A stretch of DNA of 64,000 nucleotides from Lytechinus pictus. Taxonomy: Eukaryota. The notes beneath the pieces are model-generated. The model did no database searches. It was given only the letters and a program-made list of their open reading frames with translations, and had not been told where the DNA came from. The stretch spans positions 29,204,001 through 29,268,000 of the forward strand of contig NC_087251.1 of the NCBI RefSeq assembly GCF_037042905.1. Direction: 5' to 3'. The translations under genes and the position numbers were made by a program. Shown one piece after another: positions 14,401 to 26,400 of the stretch (position 1 is its first letter; each line of letters begins with the position of its first letter).

Positions 14401-17400
14401 ATATAAGGGCACAAAGGATTCATTCATGGATGAGCAGTGCGCGAAGGAATTGTACAAGAGGATGGTTTCGTAAACACCTATGTGACTATACATATGACCC
14501 ATAAAAATTGACACACCTATCATAATACCACACTTCATGGTACTTTGGTGCCGGATCCTAAGGTACTTGATATGTGCACTGAAGTCATGAAATACATGAA
14601 TATTGTTTTTTAGAAACAGAGATATTGAGTCAAAGTTAACTACACTAAATATCATGAAATTATGACAGCATATCTGGTTATGTCAACCAACCATCCCTTG
14701 AATTTGGAAGGCGACCAAATAAAGAAAAAAATAATGCAAGATTTTTGGAGAGATGCAATCAAGTTCTTACGCATGTATGAAACATACATTAGACACGTAA
14801 TTGATATAATTCTATAACTTCCAAAGGGTATCTAACCCTGCAGAATCGAGTCAGGCATGAATAATATTTTCATTCATTCTGATTCATTCGTCCCAAAATG
14901 GAACTGAGTCGTACATCAGACTATGCTCGAGCAGACAGCATGAATGCTGAATTCTATCAGTATTGAAAGCAGAATATAACTATTGCCATTATCCCTGAAT
15001 TAAAAACAGCGTCTGGTGGGAAACCATAACTGTAGAATAGAGAGTCTGAGTTGAGGTTGCTGGCTGTTGTTCTCCAGTGCATGTACAGACTACAGAATCA
15101 ATGTCGGTTTTCAATCTTTAGTTGGTGCTCTTTATTGACAGGAATACTACAAGCCCCTGTTGCATCATTTTATAAAATCAAGGCTCACTCTTACCAATGA
15201 TAATGTAGTCTCAAATAAAAATGAAATTTAAGAATCAAGTTATGATAGTAGTCTTCACATGTCCCCACATGTCCCCACTGGTGTTATCATACAGCCATAT
15301 ATCCATAGAATATGTATACCCTCATCTCATTTAAAGTGGGAGGGGCACATTCTTGGATTTGTTTACAAACCACTTACAGGATAGGGCCTACAGGTATCTT
15401 TGTTATGCTAAATCTCTCTGACTTTGACAATAAACATATTTTGACTTTAAACAAGCATAAATGACTAGAGACAATCAATGTTATGATTGATTATCAAATT
15501 GCAAGTCTTACAGCAAGGTTTATCAGCAATGGTGCAAAGTTTGAATGAGGGCAATTAAATTTGACAATGGAAGGTCACTTATGAAGAAGTTTCATAATAA
15601 ATAGGCTACATATATGCCTATGTCCATGTAGCCTGTGTCATATGGGGAGGGTACGATTTATATTCCCCCCTCCCTTGATTCGAAGAAGCAGTGTATAGCT
15701 TGACAGTAGATCTTGACGACATTCCATGACTCATCCTGCACATTGTCAAGCTTGAAATAGATGGCACATGATGAGGAAACCTTTCACTTCCTGTTGATGG
15801 TGGGTAATCCTATAACTCGGTTAGACTGCAGTGTGCTACCACCGTCTACAAGTGATGAGAAATGACAACATTCTACCTTGTACTGAATCACAATGAAGGA
15901 CTTCATGTCTCTTTTGACTGCACATTACAGACCTACATATAATGAACAAGTAGGCTAATGCATACTGTAGTGATGGAGTCCTGGGAACCTGTGTCCCGCC
16001 CAAAAACTTTGGGACCTGGATGCAAACAAAAAATAATGGCTGATGCCTGAAACAACTTTCTCCAGAGAGCTACATGTAATTGTGTGACATTCTGTATTCT
16101 ATTCATTCCTAATGCCTATCTAGCCACTCCTTCAAAATGAATGAAAAAGACATTACAGTGCTTGTCCTGCATAAAAGAATATGCACACCTAGAAATCCTT
16201 CAAATGAAATATTGGTAAGCAATCTCCAAAATATATTTGGTACTGTGTAAATGACTTTCAGAGAATATTTCGCTCTCTCTAATAGGCATATTCAGACCGC
16301 CTCAAAAACAGGTACTCTGGTGATCAAGGTGGTCTGAATACACCTTATGAAGAAACAACTGATCAGCAAAGTAAATTGATATCCATCAAAGGATCATGTC
16401 AATATAGCAGTCTAAAGATTATGACCCAGATTATTAATGCAAACAAATGAACATCAAACATCATGATGGGGCAGTCCCTCAAAAGCTCAATACTCCAGGA
16501 AGAAATTCCATTATGCCGTCAACAAAAGAAGTTTTTTCTTCATATTTTTCTAGCTCTCACCATGGCTAATTCAATATGAATTGCAGTATTGAATGTGTGA
16601 AGACATTGGAATGTACAAACAACTATTTTACACTCGACAATTAGGCCTTCATTTGACTCCACAACCATTTTGGTCTACATGTACACCTATAAAAGCCTTT
16701 GGATTGTGATTTTTATGCTATTAATAGGGCCGTCTGCACCAGCCCGACTTTTCAAATTAGCGCGCTTTTTCTGATCCGGCAAATTATCCCGATCTGAACA
16801 TTCTCAAGATTATTTGTAGTGGAGACGCAATTATTGCGCTAGTTCGCTAGATTAATCTTGAGTCAACTAGGGATTATTTGCAAAATAGCGCGCTATTTTT
16901 TTATAAATCATCCCGCTAATTTGCAGGTGCAGAAGCACTCGGGATTATTTATTCACGGCGTCAGACCATAATGCATCGATGCCATGCTCCAGCAGGAATC
17001 ACTCTTCTTGTGATAATGGAGACAGGGTTTCTTGAATATCAAGATTAATCGCGAGGAGAGCCGATAAGGCTAAAATCTCGATATTGAGCAAACTCAGGCT
17101 GGTGCAGCACCGCCTAATGAGAAGGCCTAATGACTAGGTCTTATGACTAGACCTAATGATTTGAAATTTATTAATTCAATTTCAATTATAATATACACCG
17201 TAAATATTCAGACATGAATAGTCACTTCTAGCAAATGTTGAGCATTGCAATCGTGTAGCTATTATTCATGATCACATAATTTTGAACTGGTGGGTGTTTC
17301 ATAAAACTGATCGTAAGTTAAGAGCGACTTTAAGAACGACTCGTGATCCCGTCTTGTTGTAAATGGTATATTGGCGATGGTTTAGCGCATAAGAAAGGAT

Positions 17401-20400
17401 CACCAGTCGTTCTTAAAGTCGCTCATAACTTACGAACAGCTTTATGAAACGGCCCCCTGGAAATAAGGGCCTTTAGTCTACTACAGCCTATTATGATTTT
17501 TCTCTAACATGTAGGCCTTACATGTACATGCATCTGTATTTTAGATTTTCCCATTTCCAATGAATAGCTTCAGATGTCAACTTATTTCTTTAACTCCTCA
17601 ACACACTGGCAAAATCGAATAAAAGAAAATAATTACCAACCAACCTACAACTACAGGTAATACATGAAAGTTTCTTTTCCATCTCAAAATATGCTCTCAT
17701 AAAATAGATCAACCAAAGAATAATAAATTGTGCAATTCAGGATATTCATGATATCAATGTGTACAATGTAGGCCTACATTATCTGAAATAATATAATTTG
17801 GTGCAATAATTCTCATTATAATACATTTTAAATCAATATTTGTGAGGGTTTCCATGTATATGCACAATACTGTACCATGAAGGCCCCTACATGCTAAACA
17901 AGGGTAAAATTGTGCAATGAACAAATGGTATAGTGTGTAGCAATGGTGATAAGTGATGGTTCATAATCTGTCTACCTGTTCAGACAAGTAAAAGTTTATT
18001 GAAAAATTAAACATCATGTACATAGAGAAAGTAGAATGAATAGCCTGAACATTTAACACAATACAAAATTGTGTATCTAACCATCAGTTCATTAGGTAGC
18101 ATTGCAATGAAGGCAGGGATTGCTTGATATGCATGTCCATGTATGCATTATCATCATTACTACTGACCAATCGGATGTTCATGTTTTGTGTTCATTAACG
18201 CATCAAATATACATGTACTCTACATGCCCATGGCTAGAGAAGATTTTTGTTTCGTACAAAATGATGTTAAATACGATTGATCATGGAGAGTTCACACACT
18301 GGAAATGAAATATTGTCAAACACTAGACGTGTACAGTACAATATACCATGGACCTAGTAGGTCCATGGATATACATGCATTGTAACATATTAATAGTGTG
18401 AATGAAGGGCAGGTGAATACCAGGGATGTCACACAGCAAATAACCTTTGAGCATCACAAAGAATTCCTTCTATCTGCAGAGCAAATAGGAGAGAGAGCAT
18501 GGTGATCACAGGTTAGCTTCTCTAATGGCAGTCAATCTCTTCTCTATCATGTATCTGTTCACATGAATCACACCATGGTTTTATTTATAGCATGATACCA
18601 TACACACGAGTGCAAAACCCATCCCCATTTTTCACATCTATAATCACTGTCGGTAATTAAAAAAGGTCTATTTAAGAAAAATACAAGCTACAGTGGTATT
18701 AAATAGTTGAACCCCACCAGAAAATAAACATATTTCAAAAGTTTGGCAATGTTTTAGATATTTACATTCAATAGTTTCTTTCTCTGGACTTACAGAGCAT
18801 TGTAGTGTTGTTGTCTGCATTCAACGCTCAGCATGAATGAGTGCATTTTCTGGTGGGGTTCACAAACTTTTTAGCACCACTATATATTAATGACAAGAAG
18901 GTAACTATTGCTGAACATCTTTATTGGAATGACAAGGTAGAGGAGCTGTTTCATAAAGCTTTGTAAGTTAGTTACACACAATCTTATGCTCAAATTTACT
19001 CGCAACTGGTGACCCTTCCAAGGTTGCGCTAAATGATACTCCCAAATTTCCCTTTTTAACATTTTCGGAGAGCATTTCCTTACCATACCCTCATCAAACT
19101 AAGATACTTTTCACAAATTAGTATAATAATCTATAATAATCTCCTTCCCCAGTACCATCGCTGCATGGGGGGGGGGGTGTATTACAGAACACCACTATTT
19201 AATGGCATTTAAATGGCACTTCGCTGTAGTGAGTGTATTTCCTCAAATTCAAGCTACAACGTAGAACATATCAGCCATTAAAGTAAACAAGGCATCCCAC
19301 AAATGTTTATTTTGTTTTGCTCATAAAGCCCCGAAATAATACAAGCCCACCATGCTTCATGTATTTTATTTTCAATCAATATCTTTTCAGTAACAACTAT
19401 GCAATCCATGCCACGCAGAGAGAAAATGTTCATTTTGAAGGAAGTACAAAAGCTTGATTATTGCTCTGTGACTGTGGGTAAAACATACCACCCTACTTCA
19501 GAAAACCATCTCCTAAAATGGAAGCATCCATGACCATACATCTCTGTGTCATCTGAATTTCGGGGAGGGATGTACATGTAATAAAAAACAATTTTGAAAC
19601 TTTGTTTTTCACCAACAGGTCTATTAAAATAAAAAATATTCAGCTGAAATCACATTTTAAATCTTGAAAAAAATAAACACCCTAAAGCACAGACTTGTCT
19701 CTAGGTATCATGGGTATTGTCACAAACATCAATGATCCATCTAGTCTGATAGTGTCGATGTCATTATTATACTCTCTATTTTGTATAGGAACCGCAAGTA
19801 TTACAATACTGCATGCATTTTCTCCACAAGTTTTCAACATTCGATAAAGCCTTATAATAATATATTATAGACAGTGATATCTCTTTGGTAAACCATTCTC
19901 TGGAGCCAAATACAGCTTGTTATACAACATGTAGTCTGCTTTTCAGACAGTTGTGCCTACTTTTTTTTTTACTGTGCAGGCCTAGAAACTAACTCCACAG
20001 AGGCCTGTACACAGTCAGTGTGTTTCTCAACCAAGCTTTCATCATGTTCTTCAACTTGACTTATTAGATGCCCCCATTATTGAATTAGCACCAAGTCTGT
20101 GTCGCCCTCTCTTATTAGGTGATGAGAAAATCATATTGCTTGTCAAAATGCAGATGATAATGCACTACCGCTTCAATTCAATACAAAGTATGTCGCCTCC
20201 TACTCCATGGGCCTACGTGTAAAAACAGACTGGATCCAGTTCAAGACTAGAAGGATTATCTTCAAACATGAAACATGATTACTATCTGCTTGAATCTTGT
20301 CACCAGCCCAGGTGTACAAAATAAACAAGATGGCAAGATAGGATCTTTATTCATCACTGTTTAGTAGGAAATCTAGTATTTACCTATATGCCTAAAGCCC

Positions 20401-23400
20401 ATGCACAAAGGTCTATAAAACTAAAAGCAGCCTATAATAACTGTATAACTGTCTATGTGCAGTAAAAGATTTTACAAAGAGCAAGTTTAATCCACAATAC
20501 TTCAATGATTTTCGTTAATGTTGGTCTTACTGTTTCATTTACATGCAGACTTGAGGAAAATGCATATTTTCTAACATAAGTGTAACCAAAAAACTTTGAC
20601 TTGTCAACCCTGCTTCAAAAATGGCAAACTCTGTTGCTGTCCACTAGAGTGCATGGATGCGCAAATCAAAAGCTTGCTACATGTGTTATGTAACCATGGC
20701 CAGACCCTACAAATAATGAACTGAGCATGAACAGGCCCTTGACCCTAATTCTAGGCCGGGGTATTTTGGGAGTTCATATGGCCGGGGAGGGCTCCCAGGC
20801 CCCCCTTAAGATCTCGTCCGTCGATCGCGCCGAAAATTGGCACGCAGGTTGTCTGGGATATAATTTACCAAATTGTATAGTAATTTATTTAATGCGAATT
20901 GTTTAGAAGTAATTATGCTAATTTATGCGTAATTAGTATGCGAAATCATACTTTTTCCTCTAACTCCCTAAATAAAGCTCCAAATGTTCTAATTTTTGGC
21001 ACAAAAACTTGTTGTGGTGTTCTTAGCAAGTTTACATGAAAAAAATTGTGATATCAGATCAATTTCTTATGTATTATATTGTTTTTTGCAATTTCTTATG
21101 TATTTCTTTGTTTTTGGACCCTTTGTTTTTCATTGTTTTTTCAATGAAATTCTTTGGGGACTCTTCCAAGATCATAAAAAGCATATTAGATACATACATT
21201 TAGACCAGCAAAACTAAAAATAATCATACATTTATGATTTTTGGTTGAAAACACAATTTACATTGACTTTGTACACGAAATCACGTTTTTGAGCAATTTT
21301 TGGTCTGACAAGCACTAACATAACGTTGCGTAATTTCAGAACCGCGTACCCGGGTGACGCAAAATTGGTCTCAAAAGTTGCACAAGACTTGAAAGTAAAA
21401 AGTCAGTGAGCAGCACGGTAAAAAAAATTGCGCGGCGAAAATATAGCGCAACTCGTTGAAGGGGGGGCCTCAGAGGCCCCCCCCCCCCCCGGCCTAGATA
21501 GGTTAAAGATCACTGACATTTCATTTTATCTTCTTGCAAAAAGTTTGCCAATGAATACATGCACATCTAGCCCAACTCTAGGCCTATCAGACAAGGCAAC
21601 AACTTACATGTCGCAAGATTGATTCAATCTGTATAGTGCTTTTTACAGAAAAGGTGAATTATAAAATAAATGTTGTGCCAGCTTTATCTGGATCACATTA
21701 GCATGGCTTGGTCATGTATATCATTTAATATCTCTCCATTTTTTTTTTTTCTAAACTCTGTCTATAACCTCCCTTTTTTTCCTTGGCCTGCCCTGGGATA
21801 AACTGAAAAATTCACTGTTTCGGAGGAATTTTATAACATTTTTTTTTTGGTAGGTAGGGCAAAAAAAAGAAACTGCATTTCTACTAGAAAGCATTACCTT
21901 AATATATTCTTTATTAGCATTATTATCACAGAAATTGCTCTTAATATCCGTTCTCTTGTAAGAGCCCTTTGGCCTTGGGCATGGCTGAGCACAATGTACG
22001 CCATTCTTAACAATGAAAAACACTTTCAGTGTCAACTTGACGCTCCCCTATGACCAGCGTCAAATATGTTACCCTATTTGACGCTCCAGTAACCATACCT
22101 AACGATCCAGTAAAAAGTTGACGCTCCTGCTGGAGCGTCAACTTTTTATGAAATGCGCTGCAGCGTCAAATATTAAATTTTTAACGCTGCAAGTGAAAAT
22201 TTGACGCTGTTTTGGGACTTGACGCTGACGCTGTACCTTTATGAAATGGGCCCCAGGTCACGTGCTGGTTATTAAACAGCGGAGGGGTCAAAACCACTAT
22301 CTCGGCGCAATTGCGTCAAATTCGTGTCCCGCATGTTATGGGTCCAATTAAAAATAAAATCGATATAGAATGGTCGAGTTAAGCTATTCTATTTATTATA
22401 TGAGATCCATTCTTTAAAAAGAAAGTCATATTATTGACCTTCTTTTGGTATATAATGAGAAATTAGCAAACCCATCCGTTGTAATAGTGAAAAACAGCGT
22501 GTCGCCGGTCATATATTTTCTAAATTTCTGTATCTTGCCAAAATAAAGTAAAAAGCAACTGCCCTAAAACTAAATTAATATGCATATAAGTGATCCCTCC
22601 ACAAAATACAATCAAAAGTTTTTGATAAAAATGTTTTGTTTTCACATGCGGATAAAACCAAATGTGTCGCCAAATGTAGTGAAACTTACGTTACCGTATT
22701 TTAGATCAATAATTAATTACTTTTTGTCATCGTAAATATGTTTATTTTTATTTATTTGACACCTCGGGTATATGATAAGAAATGATACTTATGTACTCCC
22801 ATTCCTAAGTAAGAATAATCTTATCAAAACCAAACTAAATGCAATTTATAGAAACGTAGCGTTAAGAGATGAAACTTACGTTACCGTTTTGGGGTAATGT
22901 GTATAGACCTTAGATGCTGATATGTATATCAGCAGTTAGCATTGATAAAAGGAAAGTCAGAGGGCCAACGAAATCATACTTGCAAAGAGCAATTTTGGAT
23001 CAGCAACTATTTATTTACCCCATCATGTAATTTACGTTATGAAACTTACGTTACCGTATATGCAGACCTCGGCCTTTTTGGCGTTAAAAGAATTTTTCTC
23101 GATATATAACAAAGATGAGCCATCTACGATCATTCTCAGAAAGCCTAGCAACAACTTTTTCAAGTCTATGGTGGATCTCGTCCCATTTTTCTAATCCCTT
23201 GCATCAGAGGCTGACTAGTAAGTATTCAATTTAATCAAATTTTTTAAAGGTTGTACTCCCCTAAATATTTGAGTGTATTTTAGGTGCAACCATTAGTCAA
23301 GGGCTTCTTAAGAAGTGCTAGAAAATCAAACAAAAGTTTAAGAATGTGAAATTACTCTTCAATCAATTTTTTATACCTTGATAGCTAGTAATAATAATGT

Positions 23401-26400
23401 AACGTACGTTTCAACTCTAGTAACGTATGTTTCAAAATAGAAGTTGTCCCATACATAGATGATATAAGGGGATTTAATCTTGCTAATCGTAACTTTATGT
23501 TTATAATAAGCTAGTACTACATTCAATTTCATTACCAGTGGAATTTCGGGAACAAAAAAAAAAGAAAAAAGTACAATTACTATCACTTCAAGCATTGTTT
23601 ATGTTCCGTTCAACTTTTATTTTCATGAAATATTTAAAGATAAAACTAGCCCTTTAAAAGATTCGGTATTTTGTTACACTGTCTATACCTTTCTTACATT
23701 AATACTTGCCAATATTCTTCATAAATAAGATCTCTCTCAATTGGTTGAATTAAGGTATATAACAAAGTTCATATGCTAATATTTTATCCACCTCATTATA
23801 GTAACGTAGGTTTCAAATTATAATAACGTAGGTTTCAGGATTTGGTACCGAGTTTTGAATACTAGTTAAGATTTTTCCCAAGCCCATGATCAAATTCTAT
23901 TTTTCGCAATATAAAGGAGGGGCGTATATCGGTTTATCGAATGTATTATTGTTGATTTCCTTCCCCCAAATTTCTTTTATATATATCAATTTTATATAAT
24001 TGCCTTCTTAAAAAAATAAATATATATATATACCTTAATATTTTTGTAATGAAAGAGAAAAAAACTATAAATAGCAGTATAAGGCATATTTGTGTAAAGA
24101 AGTTGTTGATATCAATTGATAAACGCGACACCTTTTAATAAGATTTGGAATATAATAATGGCATTTCCCCTGCCCAAAATGGTAACGTATGTTTCAAGAT
24201 TTCATAATTGAAAACATAACATACAATATAACCTTTCTCTTTTTATTTTCCCTAAAGGAATGGCTAGGAGCAGGGCTGAAATTCAGGCTGCTTACAGGCA
24301 AAGGAAGCGGCAAAAGATGGGGGAAAATGCTTACTTACAAGCGGAGAGGCAGAGGGTGAAAAAATACTACAAACCGGTGGATACGCTCACAAAGAAGAGG
24401 GTCCAAGAGAGAAGAACGCAAGTAAATAGAAGAGTACGAAAGCATAGAGATCGAGTTCGTCGGGTAAGACAGGAAATGGAACAAAGAAGAAACATGAACA
24501 TAGATGACGTCGGATATACTGCGGATGACGATTCTGCTATCTCGGACATATCCCCTGACATATCTAACCAGTTAGGCCTTACTATCAAAATGCCATTCCA
24601 AAAGCCAAGAAGAAAACGAGTGAGTAGGTGTTTGAGCAAGGCTCATAGAAACATTGAACAGCTCACACTGAAACTACAGGCGGCAAAGAAAGACAAGACA
24701 AGACTAAAGAAAAGGTGTGAGAGGCTGCAGAATAAAGTCATGACTTCAATGCCAACAAGAAAAGAAGTTAAGAATACACCGCGATCCCGTACAAACTCTC
24801 AGCTAGAAGATGAAGGAATAGATCCAAGCCGTGTTCCTTCAATCAGAAAACGATTGTTATTCTCCAATGCAATGATGGAAGAGATTCAAGGTTCTTCTAA
24901 CACAAGCAGAAAGATGTCTGATCGCCGGATTCTTCACCAGCTGGTAGCTGGATCAAAGGTTCTGAAGAAATACCGCCTATTAAAGTTGCTCCGGACGGAA
25001 ACTGGATTGGGGAGACGTAACCTTTCGAAGGCAAACAAACATACCAAATCAACTCAACAATCACGACCAACCTGGACTTCTCTCCATCTGGAAGTAGTAG
25101 AATTTCTGCACAGAGATGATGTATCACGTATGTGTCCGGGAAAAAAGGATTCAAGCAAGGGCAAAGACGGAACCAAGTGTCAGAAGAGGTATTTGACTGA
25201 TTATCTGTCTAATCTTCATGAAAGGTATCTGGCAGAGACCGATGGGAAAAGAAAGATATCATTGTCAGCATTCAACCGCGTGCGACGAACCCTATGTCCT
25301 CACATTAAGCCTGTCCAGTTCGCCTCGAGAGATCTTTGCCTTTGTCAAAAGCATCAGAATGTTGCATTGAAGCTCAAAGCACTACAATCACTAGGGGGAA
25401 CTGTAAATGACAACCCAGATGAGTTCATTAAAGAACATAATGAAGCTCAGGTAGATATTCTCCTCAACAACTTGCAGTCAGAGCAGATCCAATTTGATGA
25501 GTGGTCAAGGGTTGAGGTAGATGGGAGAAAGAAAATCAAAATCATCCGCATATCTCAAAGTAAACCTGACTTTATCAAGCGCTTTCAGAAGGAGATCCAA
25601 GAATTCAGGCAACATGTTGTCAGAATCAAAAACCAATTCAGAGCTTTGCTAGATTGCAAGAATTCTTTGAAGCCAGATGAGTGCATTATCCAGATGGATT
25701 TTGCCGAAAACTATGTCTGTGTTCCACTTGAAGAGGTCCAAAGCGCCTACTGGTGTCAGGATGGGGTGACACTTCACCCAATTGTCGTGTACTTCCGCAA
25801 CGACGGGAATGAACTAGTTCATCAAAGTTTTGCAGCTGTGTCTGATGACAGAAATCACAACACTTCCACAATACTGGCAATACTCAAAGAGCTGATACCC
25901 CATCTCCACAAGGTTCACTACTGGACCGACAGTCCTACATCGCAATATAGGAACAAAACAATGTTTTCGTTGGTGAGTGAGCATGCTGATATCTTCGACG
26001 GCATACATGCTCAATGGAACTATTTCGAGAGTGGCCACGGGAAGGGTCCGTGCGATGGGATCGGGGGTACCATCAAACGTCTTGCAGACACTGCAGTGAA
26101 GAGACGGGCAGCAGTTATCCAAGATGCCTACGACTTTTTCGCCTGGGCCTCACAAGAACGCCACGAATGCTCAGGTTCAAAGATCAACTTCTTCTTTGTA
26201 GCCAAGGGAGACTGTGCTGCAGGAAGTCTTCTCATTGCGGAGAGGTGGTCCAGTGTGAAAACCTTTCCTGGGACAATGCAGATGCACGCAGTGATTGGCC
26301 ATGACAATGGAGTTCTTCTCAGAAAGTTGTCCTGCTACTGTCAAAGCTGCTATGGCAGTCGGGAAGAAGGCCAAGTTGAAACGATGTGCGAAGGGTGGAA

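Noticed and set aside
14399..14408. Perfect CArG boxes CCATATAAGG (14399) and CCTTATATGG (61186)
   Set aside because: Several are expected by chance in 64 kb of AT-rich DNA, and the 61186 site is formed at a MITE junction.
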